From Octopus sinensis (Eukaryota), in assembly GCF_006345805.1 (NCBI RefSeq), contig NC_042998.1:160084001-160148000 (forward strand): a stretch of 64,000 nucleotides of DNA, written 5' to 3'. The position numbers were made by a program, and so were the translations under genes. The first letter of the stretch is position 1; each line of letters opens with the position of its first letter. Shown here in pieces: positions 35,903-48,798 of this stretch. The notes under the pieces were generated by a model, which was not told the DNA's origin, made no database searches, and saw nothing but the letters and a program-made list of their open reading frames with translations.

Positions 35903-37109
35903 TTAATTAGTAAATAAAGCAAGATCCTGTTTCTGTATTCCTCTTTTATAATTTGATAAGAAGAGATTGTTTGGGGGTGTGAAATTACTATGTGAAAGAT
36001 GAAATGTTAAACTAGATCAGGGTTTCTCAAATTGGGTTATATAAGGTTTGCAAAAATACTGGAATTTTGAAGTAATTACAACTCACTAAACACAAATTAT
36101 GCATGTCTCTAGAAACTGTGTGGAGAGCCTTTCATTGTTCCTGTCACTGATCATTGTGAATAAGAATTAAGTTCTCAATAATATTTGTAACCAGAAACAA
36201 ATTTTATGTAAGACTTAATTCATAATGATATGCAAGTATGTTTCTCTCTAAAACTGTATCAAAAATTAAGTTACTTGTCAAAAGAGTGAAGTTGCTTCAC
36301 CTCATTAAAAATGTAACTGTAAATAAAATGAAACACAAGGCCAGAAAATAATTTGTTTTATGGGAGAGAGAACAGTCAGTTGTTTAGAGATAACAGAAAA
36401 TTCATGTCACATCATAAGAAGGAAGGACACATCGAATGATATTAGTACTTGAGTCAATGTATGTGGCCTAGCAGTTAGGGTGTTGCATTCACAAAAAGGA
36501 GATCATGGCGTCAATTCCTGAGACAGGCAGTGTGTTGTGTTTTTGCACAAACCACTTTATTTCATGTTACACCAGTTCACTTAACTGTAAATGAGTAACC
36601 CTGAGATAGATAGGCATCGCTTTCAGGTGAATATTCTTTTCTACTCTAGGCACAAGACCTGAAATTTTGGGGGAGGCCAGTCGATTAGATCGACCCCAGT
36701 ACACAGCTGGTACTTAATTTATCGACCCTGAAAGGATGAAAGGCAAAGTCAACTTTGGCAGAATTTGAACTCAGAATGTAAAGGTAGACAAAATATTGCT
36801 AAGCATGCTAATGTCTCTACCAGCTTGCTGCCTTCCTTTCAGGTAAATATTGTGATTGCAGTCACTTACAGATCATGGAATGTGGATTACCTGCCCTATG
36901 AGTCCTAGGAGTTGAGGCTATGAAATCCAGGGGTTGATAATGATGATGATAATTATGATGTACTTAACTGGTTCTTTATTTTACTGACTACAAAAAGATG
37001 AAAGGCAAAGTAGATCACAACAAAATTTGAACTCTAAATTAAATTACTTTGGCATTCAGATTACTCTGCCAAAGGCAATGCTTATAATAAATAATAATAA
37101 TATAATAAT

Positions 37110-37276
37110 AATAATAATTGTGTACAGTGCTCAGGTGCACTACAACTCATCTAAAGTGTATATATAATCAGGTGTAGTTTCGGCGGATTTCGGAAAGCAT
37201 GAGGGCCTTAAAGGATGCAGTGTCATGGCAGTCAACAACTGACGCAGGCAGTTTATTCCATGCTTCAGCAACTCGT
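37110..37276 (-). mobile_element. CR1/L2-type LINE 3' end with (ATT)n tail, inserted in a piggyBac-type MITE
   Basis: RVAEAWNKLPASVVDCHDTASFK; MITE sequence (same family as 43824-44027) resumes on both sides. Confidence 0.75.
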
Positions 37277-37429
37277 ATTCACATTATTTTGAATTAATCA
37301 TATATTATCTCATAGTTTTGGATTTTCAATGGTGTGATTGTTTCATCACTGAATTACATTATAGGGTAGGTGTGAGGGGCTAGATCTGGCCAGTTTGAAC
37401 ATAAAATTACATTACATTACAGTGAATAA

Positions 37430-37850
37430 ATTTACAGTCTTAGTAAGTATGAAGGCAGACAAATCACAAATCCCTTCAGGTAGATGGCCCTGCTTGATGT
37501 GTTGAAACTCCATAAGATGTATGCTATGGACACATAAGAGGTGCAGCAATATCAGAAGAAGATAGCTTTTGTGTGTAAAAGATGCGCATGTGCAATAAAC
37601 ACTGAAAATAGATCCCATCAACTGCCAATAAGGTAAGCTAGAGGTAGTAGATAGCTTCTGTTATCTAGATGACCAAGTTAGTAGCAGAGGTGGATGCACT
37701 GAGAGCATAGCTGTGAGAATAAGAATAGGCTGGGCAACGATCATAGAGCTCCTACCTCTTCTGGCAACAAAGAATCTCTTCCTCAGAGTGAAAGTTAAAT
37801 TGTATGATGCTTGTGTGCGAACAGCTATGCTACATGGCAGTGAAACAGGG
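37430..37850 (+). mobile_element. RTE-type LINE RT C-terminal fragment
   Basis: FCYLDDQ...IRIGW...KLYDACVRTAMLHGSET. Confidence 0.75.
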
Positions 37851-37878
37851 TGTCTGTGGTTGGATGTATTTCCTATCA

Positions 37879-38183
37879 CCAATGTCTCTTTCCTTTTTAT
37901 GATAAAGTACATATTTCCTATCAACTCATATATATAGAAAGAGAAGGAGAAGAGAGAAGAGGCTGTGCAGTAAAATGTACCTAGTCTATATTATAAAGTG
38001 ACTCATCATCATCATCATGGAGAACGGACGTTAAACGATGATGATGATGATGATGATGAGTCACTTTATAATATAGACTAGGTACATTTTACTGCACAGC
38101 CTCTTCTCTCTTCTCCTTCTCTTTCTATATATATGAGTTGATAGGAAATATGTACTTTATCATAAAAAGGAAAGACACATTGG
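37879..38183. repeat. Near-perfect inverted repeat (~140-bp arms)
   Basis: One mismatch seen between arms; spacer ggagaacggacgttaaacg(atg)n. Confidence 0.95.
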
Positions 38184-38336
38184 ATAACATTGTTCTATAT
38201 ACATTATACTTTACAAAAAAGAAAGGAGAGTCACTGCTGGCAAAACCTTTGATCATAGTTCCCCTCAGTTAGAGCTGACTTGGTGCTAAACAATATATGA
38301 ATTACAAATGCAGACTTAACCTTATCACTGATTTAA

Positions 38337-38555
38337 CCCTTTAGTCAACATATTCCTGTTGAGATGCTCTGTGTTTCTTTCAAATAATTTTAAATATAAC
38401 AAAGAATTTAGTAAAATAACTTAGTTATTAAGCTAATGATAAGAACATAAATTATGACTAAGGTTTGGTAGAAGATTCTAATTCAGAACTTTTGAAAACA
38501 AGACATTTGTACCACAGAGCCAGAGGCAGTTTCAGCTGGATTGGTATAAAAAGGA
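38337..38555. mobile_element. piggyBac-type MITE
   Basis: TTAA flanks, cccttt/aaagga ends; related copy at ~62540-62730. Confidence 0.65.
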
Positions 38556-39534
38556 TTAACTTCAGATTTTGTAAGCAGGGCATAGGTCACAAGCTCTTTC
38601 AATATACCAATCTTCCATATTTTTCTCTCCTCTGTGAAGCTGACTGCTTTTGTATCAGGAATTCAATGGTTTGCCTCTGCTATGGAAACATTCTCCAGCT
38701 ATCTCTCAACACTGATTCACAAAGCTGATAAACTGATACCTTCTATTCATATCACACGTGCAAACTAGAGAAGTTGTTTATTTTTATTATACCTGCTGAT
38801 ATCTCATGTAACCAAATGCTTTCTTACTTCATCTGCTCTCACTCATTCTAGATTAGTATTAGGTATAAAAAGGAGCCAACAACTAGAGTCTGCATTAGCT
38901 TCCAACAGAAGGTAATAAAATTTAAAAAATAATTTTGCTGTTCTTTGTTGCCTCTGTTCAATCACAAAACAGCTCTGATTAAACAGGTTTACAACCATTC
39001 TATCTTTATAAAGACGTTTTACTGTATTGTCTTTATGTCCCTTCCATTTTCTTTAAAACAGAAAGGTGTGATGTGAGAGTGATTTAGCTGCTGTTTCTAG
39101 CAGGTTCAGTGACCATGTCAAACAGGAGTTCCCAAAGCGTCACATACTACTTCCTAGGAGAACTTTGATAGCCATGAAGGGGTTGTGGTCAAAATTGTAT
39201 TATAGGAGGCATTTAGAACCATGAAGTGGAGAAGTGAATAAAATTACATTACAGATGTTATAGAAAGTTATTTGTTATGAATTGCTTATTGTCACCTCTG
39301 ATCCTAGTGCTTTAATTGAAAGCTGGCTGCACCATCATAATGTTAATATCATTGGGTCTTTGATGTAAGGAGTCTGTCACACTATTCCCGATTCAGTCCC
39401 ACTGCATGGCACCTTGGGGTAAGTGTCTTCTACAATGGCCTCGAGCCAACCAAAGTCTTGTGAGTGGATTTTGTAGATGAAAATTAAAAGAAGTTTGTCA
39501 TATATACATACATATATATATATATTACAAAGAA

Positions 39535-39862
39535 TACGGAGACTGGTACATCACCAAATTTCCCAGTTGGTTACAAAGACAGACATGTGTTTCTGCTGCA
39601 CAGAGGATGTGCAGTTGCACATGCAACCCAACATAATCTTCTGTGCACTTTCATTCAAGGTCCTTCAACAAGTGTAGGTGGACGTGAACTGACGTCAGTT
39701 CACTTGTTAAAAGACCCTGAATGAAAGTGCACAGAAGATTATGCTGAGTTGCATGTGCAACTGCACATACTCTGTGCAGTAGAAACACCGGTCTGTCAAC
39801 TATACTGTACAATCAACTGAAAATTAAAAGAAAATTTGATGATGTACCAGTCTCCATTACCT
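39535..39862. repeat. Fold-back element with two inverted hammerhead-like motifs
   Basis: ggagactggtacatca... / ...tgatgtaccagtctcc arms; central perfect palindrome gtgaactgacgtcagttcac (39684-39703). Confidence 0.8.
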
Positions 39863-41135
39863 TATATATATATATATATATATGAGGGGGTGCTAAAAAG
39901 CTCCTGGCTTTATACATATCTGTACGTGTGTGTTTATTCCTCACCAGACAATCAGTTGGTGTGTTTACATCCATCCCTATAATTTAGCAGTTTGGCAAAA
40001 GAGACTGATAGAATAAGTACTAGGCTTAAAAAACAAAAGTACTGGTGTCAATTTGTTGAACTAGAATTCTTTAAACATGGTACCTCAGCATGGCAAGAGA
40101 CTAAATACTAAAACAAGTCAAAGATAAAAGAGTGTGACTCTTGCTGATGTCTACCAATAAGTTTTTGCCAAATCATAAATCTCTATGCTGCACAATTTCC
40201 ATTTAGTTTCTATTCTAGGTTAGAGTTATCACACTAAAATCTTTCTTCATAGGATAGGATGATGAAAAAAACCAATAAAAATTTATTTCACTTCATTCTA
40301 CAATAAAGATTTCATACTGGATTGTCACCACATTTCATGCAACCCTGTTTTCAAAAGGCATTTTCATTTTGTTACTCATTGATGGTCTCCTGTACATCCT
40401 TTTTTTTTATTCTATTTTTCACAGAAATGAATTCTGCTCTAGGTATCTTGTAGTACATCTTGGTTGAAATCTGATATTTGTAACAAAAGTGGTCACATGT
40501 AAACTTGTGTGCTTGAATGTTAAAGCTGATGTCTGAGCTGAATAAATACATTATTATGTTGTCCCTTGTATGCCCAGAACACTCTTGCTGTCACCCACTC
40601 TCTCTCTCCTTCTGCTCTTCCCTCAGGCTAGGCAACCATGTATCTCCTTTACAGTAGCACACCTATTTCTGTCCTCATTTTGGATCTCTTTCTCTCACTG
40701 GCCAGGTAACCATGTGTCTTCTCTACAGCAAGATACCTGTTTCTGTCACATTTTAACCTTTCATCATCTGACGTAAAATCACCTCCTCCAATGCTCCCTC
40801 CCCTCTCAAAGGATCTGTCTTGCAAGCTACTTGGTGACCCTGCCAGTGTTGGGGGTACCCAGCCACAAAAACCTTGCCAAAACAGACACAGATGTCTGGT
40901 GCAGTCTTCTGCCTGGCTAGTTCCTGTCAAACCGTTCATCCTATGCCAGCATGGAAGGTGGACATTAAACAATGATGATGATGATGATGATAATTATGCT
41001 GAGGTTTGAGGAAATCAAATAACAGTCTTCAGGATTCAGTAAACTGATTGAATTAGGATAAATGTTTAAGAATATCTTTATTGTTTCAATAATTTTATTT
41101 GTATTATAATAATTAATTAATGAAATAAATGAGTT

Positions 41136-41249
41136 TCATGTGTTGTTAATATTTATGTTGAATTTCTCAATAATATTCTGAAGAATCCACTCCTTTTGTT
41201 CATCAAAAGTTAATTTCTCGTTTAAATGTCTTGCTGTAGTTGAAGGTAT
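41136..41249 (-). CDS. FASTKD5: FASTKD5-like terminal coding exon (IPSTTARHLNEKLTFDEQKEWILQNIIEKFNININNT*)
   Basis: ttttaacttcag| acceptor, phase 0, completes the RAP domain, TGA at 41138-41136; AATAAA on the minus strand near 41094-41099 and 41078-41083. Confidence 0.85.
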   Translation of the reverse strand: MPSTTARHLNEKLTFDEQKEWILQNIIEKFNININNT

Positions 41250-41639
41250 CTGAAGTTAAAAAGAAAGTTATACATTAATATATGTAGACATGCCCTTTAA
41301 CCAACTCTTTCTCCATCACAAATATACACACACATACCCATACATTTTTACATAATTACAAGTTGTAGAAGTTGATTAGTTAGAGTAATTTGCAACAAGA
41401 AGTTCAGGCAGCTGTTTCCATTGTTTCAACAAAAGGTTTCTCTGTTTGTGTACCTCTCTAAGATTGATAAAACAAGTACCAGTATATACTGAGCTTGAAT
41501 CAAAAGACCATACACTACACCTCTACAGATGTATGGCTTTGTGCAAATCTAAGATATTCTTCATCCTTACTTCTTTATCATTTTTCTGTCTTTACTGTTT
41601 TACATCTATTTCCCTATCTATTATGCTACCATGATAAAG

Positions 41640-42370
41640 ATAGGTTTTGAAAAGGTAATATGGCAATGAAACATGGGCCGTGACAACAGAGGACATGTGA
41701 AAGCTTGAAAGAAATGAAACCAGCATACTCCACTGGATGAGTAATATCAGTATGCATATACGACAGAGTGTAAATGATTTAAGAGAAATATTGGATATGA
41801 GAGGCATCAGTTGTTGCATGCAAGGGTGAAAACTGCATTGGTATAATCATATGATGTATATGGGTGAGGATAGCTGCATAAAGAGAGTGTCGATCTCTAA
41901 TTGTGGAGGGAACCTGTGGAAGGAGTAGACCCAGGAAGATGTGGTATGAAGTAGTGAGAAAGGATCTTCCAGACACTGGAGGACTGAGGGACCAAGACTT
42001 GTGGTAGTTTGCTGTGCTTGACAAGACATGTCAAGCTAAGTAAAACTGTGGCCATTCATATATACATGAATGTCCTCTCTGTCCCTTACTCAGCCAAGCG
42101 GTCTTTCTCTTGAGGGTTTGCAGGCACTGGTGTCATGTAAAAAGCACTTGTACCAGTGCCACATAAAAGCACCTGTGCTGGTGTCACATAAAAGTGCCTG
42201 TGCTGGTGCCATGTAAAAGACACCCAATACACTCTGTGAAGTAGTCAGTGTTAGGAGAGGTATCCAGCAGTAGAAACCATGCCAAAATAGACAATTGGAA
42301 CCTAGGCAGCTCCTGTCAAACTGTCCAATCCATGCCAGCATGGAAAGCGGATGCTAAATGATGATGATGA
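41640..42370 (+). mobile_element. RTE-type LINE 3' end (ORF end, 3' UTR, (GAT)n tail) in FASTKD5 intron
   Basis: YGNETWAVT...RPRKMW; tail gcatggaaagcggatgctaaatgatgatg. Confidence 0.75.
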
Positions 42371-43823
42371 AGCAAGTCTTTTGATAGTGGATGATACCAT
42401 TCATTCTGTTAATCAATTAACTATGAAGTAATCCTAAAACCTGTTGTCTGTGATGCCTTTTGACAGGCGGAAGTAACCACGTACAAAAAAATCTTATGCT
42501 ACATGATTGTGGCACCATAGAACTGAATGAAGATCTGTGGAAGCAAGAAGGTATTGAGACAAAGATGATCCACTGGCTGATTAGTGTCAATCTGTATGAA
42601 AAGGGCAAGGGACAGTTAAAGGTATCAGTTGATATATGTAGGATAGGTGACTGAGTTGGTATGGCTGTGTAGTATGATTAGATGATAATTGTTTATGGAA
42701 ATGCTTTGTATGCAGTTAGTGAAAGATACTTGTGGTAGAGAAAGACAATAAAAGACATGGAAAGAAATGGTAAGTTCATACCTCCAGATTTTGGGCTTTA
42801 CAAGAAAGGAAACAAAAGATTAAGACAAGTAACAATATGCAGTACAAAAGACTGTATAGTATATTAGAAAAGGTATTTTAAGATGATGATGATGATGATG
42901 ATGTCACTGCTATAAATGTGAGTGAGTGGGTATTAACTGAGGAAAAAAGAGATATACATACATGAGTATGTTATACTTCCTCTTTTGCTAAATCTGTATA
43001 AAATATCATAAAATGATATTTTAAACAGATTCATCTGTCAGCTGTTAGCACTTAGCTCTTTTACTTGTTTATTGTTTATTATAGTACAGGTAGTGGACAA
43101 GGAGATTTGGTATGGTGCTGATCTAAATGTCTTCTAATATTTAGCTGTATTAAAGCAGTGAGCTGGTAGAGCTGTTAATGAGTTGGACAAAATGCTTAGC
43201 AGCATTTCTTCTGGTTCTTTACATTCTGGGTTCAAATTTTGATGAGGTCAACTTTGCCCTTTCATTCTTTCAGGGTTGGAAAAACAAGTACCAGTTGAAC
43301 CTGAGGCTGATGTAATTGACGTATCCATCCCTTATGCTGACCTTGTGCCAAAACTTGAAACCAAGATTAAGCTATATTCCTACAACTTGCAGAGTTCAAG
43401 TAAAATTTTATCTATGATCCTTCCAGGCTAAACAAAACAAGCAGCAGTAGCATAATGAGGTAGTATTAATTTATGGCCATATTCTAAAGTGAGACACCAT
43501 TGTTATTATGAGTGATGATGATGATATAATTACAAATGTTAACAGATGTTGAAGTGTTGGGAAAATGTTTACCATTAAGTGTAGAGAGAAGCATTTTGTT
43601 ATAAATCAATAAGTCAAGCTGATTCTTTTGTTGCCATTGATTTACTTCTTACTAACAGAAACAAAATGAATTATGTCAACGACTTAATATGTCAGTGATT
43701 GATTTGAGATAATGAGAGTTGATTTAACTAATACAACTCCAACACTTTTTAAAGGCATAATTATTGTTTTTTTTTTACATAAATAGCATGCAACCTCAAT
43801 TCTTACAAGGTTTAACTCTTTAA

Positions 43824-44027
43824 TCCTTTAGCATCCAGACTGTCAAACTTATTCACATTGTTTTGAATTAATCATGTATTATCTTGAAGCTTTGAGATTT
43901 CAATGAAGTGATTTTATATTTTTTGAATGACATTATAAGGGAGGTATGAGAGGCCACATCTGACCAGTTTGAACATAAAGCAAGTAGAATAATTGGGCCA
44001 GATTTTACCAGTTTGAATGCTAAAGGG
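43824..44027. mobile_element. piggyBac-type MITE
   Basis: TTAA TSDs; TIRs cctttagcat / atgctaaaggg. Confidence 0.8.
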
Positions 44028-44178
44028 TTAAACCCCAAGATGTATTTTGCAATTTTAGTTGTTACGAGACAGACCACAACAAGACGACCAGGACTTAAAG
44101 AGTAAATATTCACTTAATTAACTTTGACAAGCAGTTTGGCTGCTACATATTGATTGGTGGTAAAGTCAGAATACTTAC

Positions 44179-44296
44179 TAGAATAACCTCATAACCTAAC
44201 AATTCTAACTGTCTCAGTTTGGTACGATAGGTTCCAAAGATCACATGTGGTTCAGTAAGAGAACACTGGTTTGGCCCTGCTACCTGGATGGCAATT
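44179..44296 (-). CDS. FASTKD5: FASTKD5-like RAP-domain exon (RIAIQVAGPNQCSLTEPHVIFGTYRTKLRQLELLGYEVIL)
   Basis: ttttacaaccag| acceptor, |gtaagt donor, 118 nt, phase 2 to 0; RAP signature G..K.RQL..LGY.V. Confidence 0.92.
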
Positions 44297-44654
44297 CTGG
44301 TTGTAAAATAAAATAAAATTACAACTTATCATCAACATAGTAATTCACATCATAAAAAAAAAAAAAATTAAATAATAAATGATTAAAAAAAGTGTAATAA
44401 ATATTGGTTTTAAATTTTGACACAAGGCTAATAATTTAACGGGACAAGGTGTGTCGATTACATCAACCCCAGTGCTCAACTGGTACTTATTTTATCAACC
44501 TGAAAAGGATGAAAGGCAAAGTCAATCTCGGCAGAATTTGAACACAGAATATAAAGACAGGAAATGCCACTAAGCATTTTGCACATCACAATAATGATTC
44601 TGCCAGCTCATTGCCTTAAGAAGTGTTATAAATATTGATTTTTCTGTCATGGCA

Positions 44655-45145
44655 TTATCATCATTGTTCGACCGTGGTTGAGACAATGGAATTTACCATG
44701 CTACGCCAGACTTCACGGTCCAACATGGCATTACGGAGGTCCTGTTGCTGGATGCTTGTATCCCTGGAGATTACATGAGGGTAGGAGAGTGTGCGCCCTC
44801 TGGTATAGCGAGCAGATGGTTTCCAGAGGAGAAGAGTAGAAATTGCCTTGTTTTCGGCTCTACAACAATGTCCAGCAAACTGGACTCTCCTACCTTTCAC
44901 AAGAGATAACATAGGTGGTAGTTTCCCATATATTTGCATTTTGGTTGGATGGCGCTTCCACAAGAGATTTTGAGCTCTCATAAGGAGGCGAGTGTAGGTT
45001 CCATCCAACCACCTTTCAAGCTTCTTTGATAACGTCCAGGTTTCTGAGCCATATAGTAGAATTGGTTCGACTGTGGCTTTGAAGATTTCAAGTTTGAAGT
45101 CTCTACTTAGATTTGATGACCAGATCTTATGCATGTCATGGCACG
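44655..45145 (-). mobile_element. RTE-type LINE 3' end
   Basis: FKATVEPILLYGSETWTL...RRVQFAGHC...MLDREVWR, stop followed by TGA/TAA repeats. Confidence 0.85.
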
Positions 45146-46233
45146 AAGTCAGATATTGCAAGCAAAGAATAGTTTCACATCATTCTTTATGCTTGTTTTA
45201 CTAGTCTAGAGGGACTTAAATTTACAACACTGAGATATTGAACTACATGCATTTTTTTACAAAAAGAGTTAGGTTTCCAGATAAGACATTATATTTATAT
45301 TTTGTTTTATAAGGCAGTGTCTACACATAATTGCATTCTTCCAGTTACTTTGGTTTAAATTCTTCTTCCATCATCTCCCTAAATATATTTGCTTCATCTA
45401 ACCACTAACAACTCTTTGACCATATCTTGGTGAAAGATGACCTTCATTAAGGATATCCATCATCTATCTTACTTTACTCTCTCTTTCAGAAGACTTCCTC
45501 TTGGTCCTTGCACTCACTCCATACTAAGACTGTGCTGTAAAGATTGAATCTTTTGCAATCCTAACTCCTTATAACAATTAGCTTCACTCCTTATATGCAT
45601 CCTTAACAAACATATACACACCCTAAACAACTTGATCTCTTTCTCATTTCCAAACCCAGCCTTTCTTAAACCATCAGTTTTTGCCCCCATGGAATTATCC
45701 AACTATTGCCTACTTCACACGCATGCATGCACACACACAAAAGAGACTGAAGCAATAATTATTTAAAATTCTGTAAAAAACATATGATGTGGTGTTTTCC
45801 ACAGTTATAATGTGTGGCCACTGTTGTGACTGTAGCTGTTGTATCTACTCTAGTAGTCACGATACTTTTTTGGTATTGGATACAGTGTATCTCTTCTATA
45901 CCTGAATTGTAATACACTGCTACATCTGTTGTGCTATCGCTGATAGCTCCGCAAGACACCAAATTTGAACTGTCTACTTTGACTGTGACTTGACACAACT
46001 CCAAATGAGAACTCGTACAACAACTCTACAATGACTGACACACGACTCCCTGCACTGATTGATGTCATCTCACTGTATAGTAGCCAACTCATACCACTTG
46101 TCCCGTGAAAGGGGTATACCATTTCTACTATAACAAAACTTATCAGTATTTCAACAGACAATAAAGAAAAAAATGTATATATATGCTCAACATGAATAGT
46201 TGTCCATTTATTTTATGACAGTTAAATCCTTAC

Positions 46234-46254
46234 CTTCTGGCAATGTTGGTTTTC
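46234..46254 (-). CDS. FASTKD5: FASTKD5-like 21-nt microexon (RKTNIAR)
   Basis: Strong acceptor ccttttcttttttcag| and donor AG|gtaagg; phase 2 to 2, fits between exon 4 and the RAP exon. Confidence 0.7.
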
Positions 46255-46374
46255 CTGAAAAAAGAAAAGGAAATGATAATAATCATTTATTTTTCATAAA
46301 TGAAAATCACTTGTTATTTAAGCTGAGTTATTTTATATAATTTGGAGTATATATATAGTTACAATGCCTATTAG

Positions 46375-46950
46375 TCATCATCATCATTTAGCATTTGCTT
46401 TCTATGCTGGCATGGGTTAGACAGTTTGATTGAAACTGGCAAGCTGGATGGCTGCACCAAGTTCCAATCTGATTTGGCATGGTTTCTATGGCTGGATGCC
46501 TTTCCTAACACCAATCGCGCCAAGAGTTTAATGGGTGGTGCCTTTTATGCATTACTGGCACAAGTGCCAATTATGTGATACCGGCATCGGCCATGACTAC
46601 AATTTCACTTGTCTTCATGGTTCTCAAGCATGACATATTGCCAAAAGTCTTGGTCACCTGTCATTGCCTATGTGAGGTCCAACGTTTAAAGGTTATTTTT
46701 TATGTGCCACCAGCACAGGTACCAGTTACATGACACTGACATTGGTTATGACTATGACTTCACTTGGCTTTATGGGCTTTCTCAAGCATGGCATATCACC
46801 AAAGGTCTTGGTCACATGTCATTGCCTCCACGAGGCCTAATATTTGAAGATCGTGTTTCACCATCTTGTGTCATGTCTTCCTGGGCCTACCCCTTCCACA
46901 GGTTCCCTCCAGTTAAAGATTGGCCCTTCTTTACACAGCTGTCCTCAACT
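46375..46950 (-). mobile_element. RTE-type 3' fragment with internal ~170-bp tandem duplication
   Basis: (CAT)n tail at 46376; gacta...ttcactt...tctcaagcat...aa.gtcttggtca..tgtcattgcct occurs twice. Confidence 0.65.
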
Positions 46951-47143
46951 ATTTTTTTTACATATTTATAACATTTTAAAAATGATCCTAGTAGGCTTTG
47001 TTTAGACATTATTTATAAGAGAGTTGAAAAGAAAGTGGGCCTATTTTATTGGTTGCCTCTTCAAACTGTTCCAACCATCAATGACCATTCAACAGATAGA
47101 TCCCCCACTGTAAATGTGGATTTTATTCCAATATTGGCCTAAT

Positions 47144-47480
47144 AGGCCAGCTGGTTCAGTGGTTAGAGCGTTGGGCTCACAATCATAAGGTGTGAGTTCA
47201 ATTCCTGGACTGGGTTGTGTGTTGTGTCCTTGAGCAAGACACTTTATTTCACATTGCTCCAGTTCATTCCTCTGTAGAAATGAGTTGCAGTGTCACAGGT
47301 GCCAAGCTGTATTGGCCTTTGCCTTTCCCTTGGATAAATCAGCAGCATGGAAAGAGGAAGTTGGTATACATGGGCAACTGCTGGTCTTCCATAAACAACC
47401 TTGCTCAGACTTGTGCCTCAAAGGGAAACTTTCTAAGTGCATCCCATGGTCATTCATGACTGAAGGGGGCCTTTACCCTT
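47144..47480 (+). mobile_element. tRNA-derived SINE
   Basis: A box tggttcagtggttag, B box gagttcaattcc; same family as 5105-5440. Confidence 0.8.
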
Positions 47481-47799
47481 TTTCTTTCAATATGTAGTTG
47501 ATAGTTAAATAGCAGAAAAAAAGCCAGCTGACAAAACAGTATCTCAGCAGTTCACTTTTATGATAAATATGATAGAATTTAATATTATATTATATTCTTT
47601 TAAATAAGAAAATTAATCTAAACTGGTTTAAACAATAAAGTTATAATTTCTTAATCTATTGACTTCTTCTTTAGAGTGTTTATTCCTAATATTTATATCT
47701 ACATTGCATTGCCTCAGTTTGGGACTATATTCATATCCAATGCGCTTGGTGATGGTCATATCTAAAAACTTAGTACAGATGCAGATATTGCAAAGTAGC

Positions 47800-48663
47800 A
47801 CTATACAAGAAATTGAAAACGAATGAAACTGAAAATAGGTGGGTAAAGAAAAGAATGCATGGTCAATTTCATAGGGATGTTGAAGATAAGAGAAACAGAG
47901 AAAAAAGATGGCTGTGGATGATTAAAAGTGATTAAAAACTGAAAATGGAGGCTCTAATCTGTGCTGCCCAAGAGCAAGCACTAAGAACAAACTACATAAA
48001 ATAGAGAATAGACAACAAAGCAGAAAGTGATAAGTGTAGAATTTGTGGACAAAACGGTGAAACCGTATGGCATATTACCAGCCAATGTATGCCACTAGCC
48101 CAGAAAGAATATAAGAGATGCCATGACAATATAGCCAGGCTTGTCCATTGGACACTTTGCAACAATTATGGACTTGGCAGAGCAAAAAATTGGTATTGTT
48201 GAAAATGAAAACGCAAAGATCCTATGGGATTTTATGATTCAGTGCAACCATGAGATAGAGAATAGGAAGCCGGACATAGTCTTAATTGAGAAAGAAAACA
48301 AACGATGCTGGATCATAGATATAGCATGCCCAGCTGACAACAAAGTATTCGATAAGGAAGAAAGAAAAGTCAAGAGATATGACAGGTTAGCTTGGGAAGT
48401 TAAGCAGTTGCGGTCGATGAAAAAGGTAGCAGTAGTACCAATAATTGTTGGAGCCCTGGGAACAGTGAGCAAAAGTCTTGAGAAGTACGTGGTCAAATAT
48501 GGACTGCAATAAGGGTGGAGCACTTGCAGAAAACGGCACTGCTCGGAACCGCTCGAATACTCCGGAAGGTGCTTGAAAAATAAGAGGTATTACTTTTTGT
48601 GTGGTAGAGAAAACTGCTGACACTGTAATACATCTCCAGCGTTAGATGCTGGGCGGCGGCGGC

Positions 48664-48696
<33 letters not shown>

Positions 48697-48732
48697 TAAT
48701 AATAATAATAAAAATAAAAATAATAATAATAA

Positions 48733-48733
<1 letters not shown>
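47800..48733 (+). mobile_element. Dong/R4-like RLE LINE 3' fragment with (TAA)n tail
   Basis: MHGQF, AAQEQAL, CRICG..ET..H...C, RKPDIVL...IIDIACP...E..K..Y restriction-like endonuclease; ends in TAA repeats. Confidence 0.85.

Positions 48734-48797
<64 letters not shown>

Positions 48798-48798
<1 letters not shown>

Noticed and set aside
42417-42608. Additional FASTKD5 exon
   Set aside because: No convincing acceptor/donor pair and no gap in the reconstructed protein.
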